This document shows positions 1-8,882 of a DNA stretch of 64,000 nt, piece after piece. Below the pieces are notes generated by a model, which did not search any database, was not told where the DNA came from, and saw nothing but the letters and a program-made list of their open reading frames with translations. Source of the stretch: Candidatus Aminicenantes bacterium (lineage in GTDB: Bacteria; Acidobacteriota; Aminicenantia; Aminicenantales; JAFGBC01); the NCBI GenBank assembly GCA_963702005.1, contig OY969696.1:2368001-2432000 (forward strand), read 5' to 3'. Within the stretch, counting starts at the first letter, position 1. Each line of letters starts with the position of its first letter. The translations under genes and the position numbers were made by a program.

Positions 1-357
1 TATCATCGGCCACCTTGAGCTCACCTTTGTTGCGGAGAGGCCACCAGCCGCCGCGCAGGAGCTATTGATGGCCGCGGATCCCCCGGCCGAATAGTTCTCA
101 TAAAGCTCTCTTACATGTTCCCAGCCCTGATTTATGCTTCCGTACGGTGGCGAGATGGGATAATCAAGATGAATTTTAATACGGAATGAAAGCCGTTCGC
201 AACACCCCCAGTCCTCCACATCGACGGATTCTTTACTAACTCTTGACATCTCCTTGGCAACTCAGGCGCTCGAAGCCGCTATATTCAGAGCGGATAAACC
301 AAGATCATGATGCCCCTCCGGCCGCCGGACGCGCCGCAGGGCTTTGGGGAGGGACCG

Positions 358-1737
358 ATGAAGATCAAACTTATCTCACCCGACCTGCAATGGGATTCGA
401 CGATCTCGAGCTCCGAGACGCACAAGGTCCTCAAGGTCAGCCTGCCGCTCCTGGCCGCGCTCACCCCGCCGGAACACGAGGTCAAGATCGTGGACGAGGC
501 CTTCGTGGCCGACGACATCGACGAGGATGTCGACCTGGTGGGGCTGACCGTCATGACCGAGCTCGCGCCGAGGGCTTATCTCCTGGCCGACCTCTATCGC
601 CAGCGCGGCGTTCCGGTCGTGATGGGCGGGATCCATCCCACGGTCCTGCCCAAGGAGGCCCTACGCCACGCCGACGCCGTCGTGGTCGGCGAGGGGGAAG
701 AGGCCTGGCCGAGGCTCGTCCGGGACGCGGCCGCCGGCAAGCTCACCCCGCTCTATCGGTCCGCGGGACTATCCGACCTGAGTCGGCTGCCCGTGCCCGC
801 CCGCCGTCTTTACCCAAGGCCGACGCGGCGGACCCTGACTCCGCTGGGTATCGGGCTCGAGTCCTCGCGCGGCTGTCCGTACGATTGCGAGTTCTGCTCA
901 ATCGGCCGGGTCATGGGCCGTGCCTACCGCGCCCGGCCCGTCGGCCAGGTGCTCGACGAGATCGCCGCCATCGAAAGCGAGTATCTCTTCTTTGTCGACG
1001 ACGCCTTGGCCCTCGACCGGCGTGCGGCCAAGGCCCTTTTTGCAGAAATGGTGCCGTTTCGATCGAAGTGGATCGGTCAAGGGACCCTCTCCCTGGCCGA
1101 AGACCCCGGCCTGCTGCGGTTGATGAGAAGGTCGGGCTGCCACGGGCTCCTAGTCGGCTTCGAAACGGTCACCCCCGCCACTCAGGAAACGATGAGAAAG
1201 AGTCGTTCGCTCAAGATCAGCCCGGGCGAGGCGGCGCGGCGCTTTCACGAGGAGGGGATCCCGCTCCTCGGCGCCTTCATTTTCGGCTTCGACGACGAGA
1301 CCGAGGATGTTTTCGACCGGACGACCGAATTCGCTCTGAAGCATCGCCTCGACGCCCTCCAAGTGAGGCTCTTATGTCCCTTCCCCGGGACGGTCCTCTA
1401 CCAGAGGCTTCTCGCCGAAGGGCGCTTGGCCGAGCCCGACTGGTGGCTCAAGGGCTATCAACCGGGAACGCTCGTCTATCGACCCAAAGGGATGACACCG
1501 GAGGCGCTTCTCGCGGGTGTCGCCCGGGTCCAGAAAGAGCTCTATACCCTTTCGGCGATCGTGCGCCGTTTCTTCGGCATCAACCTGATGAAACGCCGGG
1601 CGATGGACCTGGCCATGTACGTCGGCCTGAATCTCGGCCAGCGCAAACGCTACTACAAGGGCCTCCGGTGCCGGACTGACAAAGGTCCGGCCGCCGTCGC
1701 CCGGACGTCGGATATCAAGATGGGAGGAACAAGCTGA
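358..1737 (+). CDS. B12-binding domain-containing radical SAM protein
   Basis: N-terminal cobalamin-binding-type segment (DLVGLT...VVMGGIHPT...VVVGEGE) and CxxxCxxC motif (SRGCPYDCEFC). ATG 358 is preceded by GGAGGG; the ORF-track start at 307 is likely too long. Confidence 0.9.
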   Translation: MKIKLISPDLQWDSTISSSETHKVLKVSLPLLAALTPPEHEVKIVDEAFVADDIDEDVDLVGLTVMTELAPRAYLLADLYRQRGVPVVMGGIHPTVLPKEALRHADAVVVGEGEEAWPRLVRDAAAGKLTPLYRSAGLSDLSRLPVPARRLYPRPTRRTLTPLGIGLESSRGCPYDCEFCSIGRVMGRAYRARPVGQVLDEIAAIESEYLFFVDDALALDRRAAKALFAEMVPFRSKWIGQGTLSLAEDPGLLRLMRRSGCHGLLVGFETVTPATQETMRKSRSLKISPGEAARRFHEEGIPLLGAFIFGFDDETEDVFDRTTEFALKHRLDALQVRLLCPFPGTVLYQRLLAEGRLAEPDWWLKGYQPGTLVYRPKGMTPEALLAGVARVQKELYTLSAIVRRFFGINLMKRRAMDLAMYVGLNLGQRKRYYKGLRCRTDKGPAAVARTSDIKMGGTS

Positions 1738-1797
1738 AGCTGGACGTCCGGCGTTTGAAAGAGCTCCCGTCTTGAGGCGCTCACCAGTTCGATCTTT

Positions 1798-1843
1798 CGG
1801 ACTCTTAATCCGCGGGTTGTAGGTTCGAGTCCTAAACGGGTCA
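1798..1843 (+). pseudogene. 3' half of tRNA-Lys(CTT), probable att-site remnant
   Basis: CGGA-CTCTTAA-TCCG anticodon arm, GTAGG-TTCGAGT-CCTAA T-arm (one mismatch) and 3' acceptor strand ACGGGTCA. No D-arm or matching 5' acceptor strand upstream, and no CCA. Confidence 0.8.
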
Positions 1844-1878
1844 TTTCTCTTTTATCCCCGCTGTCTTTCCTGTCCCGT

Positions 1879-3473
1879 CCCGAAATTGCCGTTAGAGATT
1901 TTTTGACTTGGTATTTTTGAATCCTGGGGGGCTTTGCGGACGGCAGGGGTCAACGGCAAGCGCAGCGGCGAGCCGGACGACGGGCATCGGACTCAGAGTT
2001 GGCCATAAGAGGCGTTTTTAAACAGACCTTGCCTGATCCGAGGGGTACAGGGGATGAAAGGCGGGGGCTTCGCCGAACAGGCTGTTACGTAAAGGCGGCG
2101 ATGAGCTGCCGCATCCGGAGGAGGACGACGAACTTCTCTCGGGAGACGGCCAGACGGAGGACCAGCCTCCGGCCGTGACAGATGAGACGCCCAGCGACGT
2201 CGATCAGCTGCCAGCGGATCGTCGCGATCGTTTTCGTCTTCCAGTCCGGATCCAAAAAGAGGAGCTTCTGGGCCTGGGTCAAGTTATAAGCCAAGAGGCC
2301 GAGGGCGAACCAGAGAGCGTTGGCGGCGAAGTCGCCGCTCGTCATCTGCTCCATCCCGAACCCGATCTTGACCTCCTTGATCAGGTTCTCAGCCTGGCCG
2401 CGTTGATTATGGAAGCGGACGACCTCTTCGGCCGTCAGCTCGTCCCGGTTGGTGGCGAGGATGTGATAACAATAGCCCTGAGGCGCGAACAAAGTCAGCT
2501 GCGGATCGCGCCAGCGTTGGAGGACCAACCGCAACGGCTCCCGGCCTTTCGTCAACGCATAGATCGCGGTGCCCACCTCCCGGTCCGTCGCCTCGCCCGG
2601 CAATGGCTTCCAGTCCCGCACCGTCGGGATAACCTCTTTAATCGCAGCGTTTTGGTCGGCCGTGATCGCATACCCGATCCCTTGCTCCTGACACCAGTTG
2701 ATGACATCCGCCTGGTAGAAGGCGCTGTCGGACCGCAGGCGCTTAATCCCGGGACACAGCCGCAGACACCTCTTCAGGAACTTCAACGCGCCGCTGTGGC
2801 CGGGGATATGCCCTTCCCGAAACTCGTGGCTCACACAGACCCCCGTCTCCGCCAGGAAGCCCAGGATCGGTTGGTACCCCCTGACCTTCTTATAGGTCCA
2901 CTGCGCCGCCCGTTTTTCCGACTCGATCACCGTCCCGTCAATATCCAGCGTGTCATCCGGCGTCGCGATCCGCTTCCCGATCGCCTCCGCCGTCTCCTCC
3001 CCAACCCGGACGACTGCCCGAACCCCTCTCCGTCCCATCCTGACCAGCCAGTCCCCGAACGTCGACAGCGACGGCATCCGCCGCAGCCCGATGATCCGTC
3101 TCAACGCCGCGTCGTCCCGGATCTCCCGCAGGTCCTCGACATGCCGCCCGCCGCCCTCCAGCATCAGAAGCAGCGGCTCAATATAGGCCCAAGCCTCGTA
3201 GCCCCGGTTCGAGCCCGGCCGGGGAAAGTACGATCTTACCTTGTCCCGAACCTTAAGCGTCCGGACGACTTCGGCGAACAGCGCCAGCCCGCTTCTCGGC
3301 GTGATGAGTTCGTCGGTCCGTTCGAGCTTGAACGGCAAGATCCCTTGCGTTATCATAAAAATACCCTCCTGGTTAAGGTCCTTCACCCACCGGGTGAGGG
3401 CATGAGTTCTCTCAAACTCCTTATACCAGGAGACTTTATGCCTGAACAGGGGCCGCCTATCGGCAATCTACGG
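1879..3473 (-). mobile_element. IS1380-family insertion sequence (1595 bp)
   Basis: Terminal inverted repeats CCCGAAATTGCCGTTAG (1879-1895) and CCGTAGATTGCCGATAG (reverse complement of 3457-3473), 13/17 identical. Direct repeat TCCCGT at 1873-1878 and 3474-3479. Single transposase inside. Confidence 0.88.
2085..3356 (-). CDS. IS1380-family DDE transposase
   Basis: Motifs TPRSGL, TLDIDGT, GYQP, LRSDSAFY, HNQRGQAENLIKEVK, FAAN and LAYNL. ATG 3356 follows AGGAGG; GTG 3386 is an alternative start. Confidence 0.93.
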   Translation of the reverse strand: MITQGILPFKLERTDELITPRSGLALFAEVVRTLKVRDKVRSYFPRPGSNRGYEAWAYIEPLLLMLEGGGRHVEDLREIRDDAALRRIIGLRRMPSLSTFGDWLVRMGRRGVRAVVRVGEETAEAIGKRIATPDDTLDIDGTVIESEKRAAQWTYKKVRGYQPILGFLAETGVCVSHEFREGHIPGHSGALKFLKRCLRLCPGIKRLRSDSAFYQADVINWCQEQGIGYAITADQNAAIKEVIPTVRDWKPLPGEATDREVGTAIYALTKGREPLRLVLQRWRDPQLTLFAPQGYCYHILATNRDELTAEEVVRFHNQRGQAENLIKEVKIGFGMEQMTSGDFAANALWFALGLLAYNLTQAQKLLFLDPDWKTKTIATIRWQLIDVAGRLICHGRRLVLRLAVSREKFVVLLRMRQLIAAFT

Positions 3474-3487
3474 TCCCGTCCGAACTC

Positions 3488-3519
3488 TTGACAAAAAAAA
3501 TATCTAAAGGCTATATAAT
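3488..3519 (+). promoter_or_regulatory. sigma70-like promoter for the SIR2-like gene
   Basis: TTGACA (3488-3493) and TATAAT (3514-3519) with a long 20-nt spacer; an A8 run (3493-3500) starts at the last base of the -35 box. Confidence 0.5.
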
Positions 3520-3592
3520 GAAAGCGCCGGCCTTAGCGATGAGCGAACGGGCGAAAGGACAAAGGCGGTCTCGCCGCCGAGAAGGGGGAGAC

Positions 3593-4783
3593 ATGAAAAA
3601 AGATAAACACAACCGGGTCCTTTTTATCGGCGCGGGCTTCTCGGTCGGAATGGGGTATCCGACCGGTCAACAACTCATGCAGAAGCTCGTGGAATATCTG
3701 ATGGGCAAAAAGACCAGGGCCAAAAAGCAAAGCCCCTTCTTCAACACCCTGCGATCTAGCAGAGCGAATCGTGAATTAGCCCAGGAGTTTCTGGAGATCA
3801 TAGACCAAGTCCTCAAGAGGTACTTTTCGGTCAAGCTCAAGGACATCAAAGACGTCAACATCGGCGAATTCTTCACCGTGGCCCAGACGATCACGGAGAC
3901 GCCCAGCCTGCTCGAAGCCCAATCCTCATCGCCGTCGGGGCCCGTGAGCCCTACCAAGAATTTTTTCCGATCGACGTTCTACGACGTCCTGGCCGCCGCC
4001 ACCCGCACCTATTTTTTCGATATCTGCTCGGCGGGGGACCTAAGCCGCTTCCCGCCGGATATCGAGTCGGTTCTCAAAACGATCAAGCCGAAATCGCACG
4101 CGATCGTCAGTTTCAACTGGGATGAGGAGGTCGAAGTTTTCCTGACGGAGGTTCGCGATCTGGACGTGGCCTACAACTTGCCCCATTGGAGCAAACGGGC
4201 CGGGCTGTTGATCCTCAAGCCGCACGGCTCGATCGGATGGTACGACGTCCGTCAGGGCATGAGCAATGAGGAAGCCTACTTCATTTCCGAGGACGATGAC
4301 CGGATTCAGGACGCGGAAAAACGGATCATCTCTTATTATGAGGTCGAAATGCCCCGGAGTCTCGATAAGAAGAACGCTTACCCGGCGCTTTCCTGTCCGC
4401 CGGTCATCACGCCCCCCACCTTCGCCAAGCGGTTTGCCTACCAGGAACAGCACTCGGTCTGGCGGGACGTTCTGGAGGTCTGCCGGGAGGCCAGCGAGTT
4501 CGTCTTTCTCGGATATTCGCTGCCCCCCGACGATTTCCTGACCCGGGCCGCCATCCGAAGCGCTTTCCAGAATCGGGATTTGGGACGATTACGTTGTCTC
4601 ATCGTCAACAACGACCCCAAGGATCCTCTCCTGAATTTCCAGGGCCTGTTCCAGAACGGCCTCGCCATAGACCGGAATTTCCTGCCCTGGAAGTTCGGCG
4701 GCCCAGATGCGACTTTACATCGGAAAATCGAGGAAAAACTCAAAAAGGCCGACCTGAGGATCGCAGCGAAAACGAAAAAATGA
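3593..4783 (+). CDS. SIR2-like domain protein (putative NADase, defence-associated type)
   Basis: VLFIGAGFS, IVSFNWD, ILKPHGSIGW, ITPPTFAK and VFLGYSLPPDD are the ordered motifs of SIR2_2-type proteins. ATG 3593 follows GGGGGAG. Confidence 0.8.
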   Translation: MKKDKHNRVLFIGAGFSVGMGYPTGQQLMQKLVEYLMGKKTRAKKQSPFFNTLRSSRANRELAQEFLEIIDQVLKRYFSVKLKDIKDVNIGEFFTVAQTITETPSLLEAQSSSPSGPVSPTKNFFRSTFYDVLAAATRTYFFDICSAGDLSRFPPDIESVLKTIKPKSHAIVSFNWDEEVEVFLTEVRDLDVAYNLPHWSKRAGLLILKPHGSIGWYDVRQGMSNEEAYFISEDDDRIQDAEKRIISYYEVEMPRSLDKKNAYPALSCPPVITPPTFAKRFAYQEQHSVWRDVLEVCREASEFVFLGYSLPPDDFLTRAAIRSAFQNRDLGRLRCLIVNNDPKDPLLNFQGLFQNGLAIDRNFLPWKFGGPDATLHRKIEEKLKKADLRIAAKTKK

Positions 4784-4829
4784 TATATGATTCCCATGCC
4801 CTATCCGGTGATCCCACAAGGAGGTCGAT

Positions 4830-7340
4830 ATGTGCCCCAAGACGTTAAAAGAAGTCCGTTCGTACCTTCGTATCCTGAGCTTGCTTTGGGTCCTTGCTCT
4901 TATTCTTTGCCTCGGCTTCGCCTCGGCGCAGGATAAGTATCAAAAACCGTCCGAGGAAATCCTGAACGTCCTTAACGCGCCGCTTCCGCCGACGCCCGTC
5001 TTCAGCCCGAAGCGCGACATGCTGGTGCTCGCCCAGCCGATAATCTATCCCTCCATTTCGGACCTTGCCGAGCCCATGCTTCGCCTGGCCGGTGTTCGAT
5101 TCAATCCCCGCAACAATGCCGACCGGAGTTATATTTTCTACTATACCGCGCTGACCCTGAAAAGAATCTCCGACGGCGTCGAGACTCCGATCGTCCTTCC
5201 CGCCGAAGTCCGCCGCATCGGCCGACCTCAATGGAACGCCGACGGAACCCTGTTCGCTTTCACCAACATAACTCCCGATAGTGTTGAGGTGTGGGTGACG
5301 GACGTCGCTTCTCAAAAGACGCGTCTATTGCCCGGGCTGAGGATCAACCCGCTTCTATACTCCTCGCTTCAGTGGATGCCGGACCAGCGGACGCTCCTGG
5401 TCAAGCTCATCCCGGACGACCGCGGCACGCCCCCTCCGCCGCCCTCCGTCCCGCCCGGTCCGAAGATCCAGGAAAGCCTGGGTGTGACGGCGGCTTCCAG
5501 CACCTATGAGGCCCGCGACGTCCTGAAGAGTCCCTACGACGAAGACCTCTTCGACTACTACACCCGGTCCCAACTCGCCTTGGTGCGTCTGCCCTCGGGC
5601 GAAGTGACCCGAATCGGCAAACCCGAGATCTTCGGAAGGGTGTCTCCCGCGCCGGGCGGCCGCTATTTGCTCGTGGAACGCTTCCACCGGCCGTACTCCT
5701 ACCTGTGCGCCTTTTACCGGTTCCCCACCGAGGTCGATATTTTAACGACGGCCGGCGAGCCCGTCGAAAAGCTGGCCAGTCTGCCCCTGTTCGAGCAGGT
5801 TCCGATCGAAGGCGTTCCCACCGGGCCGCGCAATTTTTATTGGCGTCCGACCGAACCGGCGACGGTCTATTGGACGGAGGCGCTGGACGGCGGAAATCCC
5901 AAGACCAAAGTTCCCCACCGCGACCGCGTGATGCTCAAGACGGTCGGGGCCCCCGCCGTCGAGCTCGTCCAAACCGAGGAGCGGCTCGATAATCTGCAGT
6001 GGATCGAGAAGGGCGGCCTGGCTCTCGTGTCCGATTTTGACCCCGACCGCCGCTGGACCCGGACCTTCGTGCTCAATGCCGACAAGCGCTCGATCCCGCC
6101 CCGCCCGCTGTGGAGCATGAGCGCCGACGAAAAATACAAGAATCCGGGCTATCCCGTTTACCGCGTGCTGCCGACGGGGGAGTATGCCGTCATGCAACAG
6201 GACGGTTGGATCTATCTTGACGGCGCCGGCGCATCGCCGGATGGGGACCGGCCGTTCATCGACCGTTTGGATATTCGCACGTTCAAGACCGAGCGGCTGT
6301 TTCGCTGCGATCGTTCGAGCTACGAATATTTCGTCGCCTGGGTGAATCCCGCCGCCGGAACGTTCATCACCCGGCGCGAGTCGCCCGTCGACCCTCCCAA
6401 CTTCTTCCTGCGGATATTGGGAAAAACGTTGAAGGGAGCCGCGGCGGGGGAGGCCATCCGGATGTCGACATCGCGGGCCATCACCAACTTCCCGAATCCC
6501 GCGCCTCAGATCGCGGGCATCCAGAAAAGTCTCGTGACCTATAAACGCGCCGACGGCATTCCTCTGTCGTTCATGCTCTACTTGCCGCCCGGGTATAAGA
6601 AGGGGACGCGCCTGCCGACCGTCCTGTGGGCCTACCCCCTCGACTACGCGGAACAGTCCGTGGCGGGCCAGATCGAGGGTTCATCCAAGCTCTTTACGAC
6701 GATCCGGGGCTCCTCGGAGCTCTTTTTCCTGCTCGCGGGGTACGCCGTCCTTGATGACGCGGCCATGCCCGTGGTGGGGCCGCCCGAGACCGTTTACGAC
6801 ACGTTCGTCGAGCAGATCACGGCCAACGCCAAGGCCGCCATCGATAAGGCGGTCGAACTGGGTGTCACCGATCCGGACCGCGTCGGTGTCGCCGGCCACA
6901 GCCACGGCGCGCTCATGACGGCCAATTTCCTGGCCTACACGGACCTCTTCCGGGCCGGGATCGCCCGCAGCGGAGCCTACAATCATACCCTGCGCCCCTT
7001 CGGTTTCCAGAATGAGCGCCGCACGCTGTACCAGGCGCGCGATACGTACATCAAGCTGTCTCCGGTCATCCAGGCCGATAAGATCAACGAACCGCTGCTC
7101 CTGATCCACGGCGAGCTCGACGCCAACCCGGGAACCGTGCCCCTGCAGTCCGAAAAACTCTATGAGGCCCTGCGCGGGGCCGGCAAGACCGTACGCCTGG
7201 TCATGCTGCCTTACGAGAGCCACGGATACCAGGCGAGAGAGTCGATCGAGCATGTGCTCTATGAGATGATCTCCTGGTTCGACCGGTTTGTGAAAAACGC
7301 GCCGTCCCGGGGCGGTCAGCCGGGCGCCGCGACTAAATAG
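4830..7340 (+). CDS. secreted S9-family (prolyl oligopeptidase/glutamyl endopeptidase-like) peptidase
   Basis: Signal peptide, beta-propeller region, nucleophile motif GHSHG, IARSGAYN, LLIHGELD.N.GT and E.HGY. AGGAGG RBS. Confidence 0.9.
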   Translation: MCPKTLKEVRSYLRILSLLWVLALILCLGFASAQDKYQKPSEEILNVLNAPLPPTPVFSPKRDMLVLAQPIIYPSISDLAEPMLRLAGVRFNPRNNADRSYIFYYTALTLKRISDGVETPIVLPAEVRRIGRPQWNADGTLFAFTNITPDSVEVWVTDVASQKTRLLPGLRINPLLYSSLQWMPDQRTLLVKLIPDDRGTPPPPPSVPPGPKIQESLGVTAASSTYEARDVLKSPYDEDLFDYYTRSQLALVRLPSGEVTRIGKPEIFGRVSPAPGGRYLLVERFHRPYSYLCAFYRFPTEVDILTTAGEPVEKLASLPLFEQVPIEGVPTGPRNFYWRPTEPATVYWTEALDGGNPKTKVPHRDRVMLKTVGAPAVELVQTEERLDNLQWIEKGGLALVSDFDPDRRWTRTFVLNADKRSIPPRPLWSMSADEKYKNPGYPVYRVLPTGEYAVMQQDGWIYLDGAGASPDGDRPFIDRLDIRTFKTERLFRCDRSSYEYFVAWVNPAAGTFITRRESPVDPPNFFLRILGKTLKGAAAGEAIRMSTSRAITNFPNPAPQIAGIQKSLVTYKRADGIPLSFMLYLPPGYKKGTRLPTVLWAYPLDYAEQSVAGQIEGSSKLFTTIRGSSELFFLLAGYAVLDDAAMPVVGPPETVYDTFVEQITANAKAAIDKAVELGVTDPDRVGVAGHSHGALMTANFLAYTDLFRAGIARSGAYNHTLRPFGFQNERRTLYQARDTYIKLSPVIQADKINEPLLLIHGELDANPGTVPLQSEKLYEALRGAGKTVRLVMLPYESHGYQARESIEHVLYEMISWFDRFVKNAPSRGGQPGAATK

Positions 7341-7415
7341 GGGAGCGAGCCGGGCAGTTTTTAGAGAAAGGGATTAAATTCGTTTGGACTGTCCGATCGG
7401 CGTTGGCATCGGCGC

Positions 7416-8786
7416 TCAGGCGGCCGGGGCTTTCCGGCGGTTTTTCCAGATGAGATAGACGGGGACGCCGATCGCGATCAGGGCCAGGCCGGCGAAGGAA
7501 TTCCAGAAGGTCCGGATCAGGGAATTGACTGTCAGGAAAACGGACGAGAGGATGAACAGGATCGCTGTCGCCGGATACCCCCACGTTTTATAGGGCCGCG
7601 GCAGGTCGGGGCGCTTCTTGCGAAGGATGATGACGCCGGCCACGGTCAAGCCCATGAAGATCCAGAATCCGAAGATGACGTAAGAATAGAGCTGCTCGAA
7701 GCTGCCGCTCAGGCTGAGCAGGGCCGCCCAGGACGCGAGCATCATGATGGAGATATAGGGCGTTAGATACCTGGGATGGACTTTGGCGACGCTTCTAAAG
7801 AACAAGCCGTCTTTGGCCATGGCGTAGAAAACCCGGGGCGTCGTCAGGATGTGGCCGTTGGCCGTGCCGGTCATGGACATCAGGATGATCAAGGCAACGA
7901 CCGAAGCCCCGACCGGGCCGAGGGCTTCTTCCATGACGTCGGCGGCGATCCGGCCGGACTCGGCCATCCGGGCGGCCGGGAACACGTAGAGGTAGGCGAG
8001 GTTGGCCAGGATATAGAGGAAGACGACCGACAGGCTGCCGATGAAGAGCCCGAGCGGAAGATTTTTTTTGGGATTTTTGATCTCGCCGGCGCTGTAGGTG
8101 CTCGTCTCCCATCCTTTATAAGCCCAGAGCGCGGCGACCATGGCCACGCCGAAGCTGCTCAGGATTCCGCCGGCCGGCGGCGCCGCCGGCCCCGATGAGA
8201 GGAAGTTCCCGGTCGAGCCTTTGGCGAACATGAAGACGACGGCGCAGACGCCGATGAGCCCGATGAACTTGATCCCGGTCAGGAAGTTCATCAGCAAGGC
8301 GCCTTTCTTGACGCCGAGGATGTTGACGAAGGCCAGGATCGCGATCAGGCCGACCGCGACGACCTTGGTCTGAAGACCCGACAGGTTGACGAAATAGGGA
8401 AGATATTTCGAGGAGAAGCCGACGGCCAGTGTGGCGACGGTGCCGGATTCGATGACCAGGAAGAGGGCCCATCCGAACAGGAAGGCGACGAGCGAACCGT
8501 AGGCCTCGCGGAGATAGACATAGATGCCGCCGGCCTGGGCATAGGACGCCGCCAGCTCGGAGATGGCCAGGGCGCCGAAGAAGCTCAGGATCCCCGCCGC
8601 GACCCAGACGGCCAGCATGAGCTCGGGCGTTCCGACGTCCTTGGCGACCTTGGCGGGATTGATGAAAATGCCGGATCCGATCATGGTCCCGACGACGATC
8701 CCGATAATGCTGAGCAGGCCGAGGACCCGGGGCAGTTCGGGCCCCGTCGAGGAGGGCGGTTGGAGATTGGCTTTTGCCGGGTTCAT
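7416..8786 (-). CDS. APC-family amino acid permease (LAT/SteT-like)
   Basis: GTMIGSGIF, GGIYVYL, WAYKGWE, GEIKNPKKNLP and RPYKTWGYP motifs; about 12 hydrophobic segments. Confidence 0.9.
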   Translation of the reverse strand: MNPAKANLQPPSSTGPELPRVLGLLSIIGIVVGTMIGSGIFINPAKVAKDVGTPELMLAVWVAAGILSFFGALAISELAASYAQAGGIYVYLREAYGSLVAFLFGWALFLVIESGTVATLAVGFSSKYLPYFVNLSGLQTKVVAVGLIAILAFVNILGVKKGALLMNFLTGIKFIGLIGVCAVVFMFAKGSTGNFLSSGPAAPPAGGILSSFGVAMVAALWAYKGWETSTYSAGEIKNPKKNLPLGLFIGSLSVVFLYILANLAYLYVFPAARMAESGRIAADVMEEALGPVGASVVALIILMSMTGTANGHILTTPRVFYAMAKDGLFFRSVAKVHPRYLTPYISIMMLASWAALLSLSGSFEQLYSYVIFGFWIFMGLTVAGVIILRKKRPDLPRPYKTWGYPATAILFILSSVFLTVNSLIRTFWNSFAGLALIAIGVPVYLIWKNRRKAPAA

Positions 8787-8882
8787 GGAACCTTTATAAT
8801 TCGGAAAGGCCGGCCGAGGCAACCGGTTTCTTGCGGCTTGAGGCCGCGGGCGGATTCATCTATTTCGCGACTCGGAAAGAAC

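Noticed and set aside
1-249. Minus-strand frame open from ATG 249 to the window edge (MSRVSKESVDVEDWG...)
   Set aside because: No recognisable family motif, the SD is directly adjacent to the ATG and the frame is truncated, so it cannot be supported.
1653-1844. 63-aa minus-strand ORF MTRLGLEPTTRGLRVR...
   Set aside because: It is the antisense translation of the tRNA fragment, not a gene.
1994-3450. Alternative IS ends (CAGAGTTGGCCATAA / CCTGTTCAGGCATAA)
   Set aside because: Only 8/15 identity and no target duplication; 1879-3473 fits much better.
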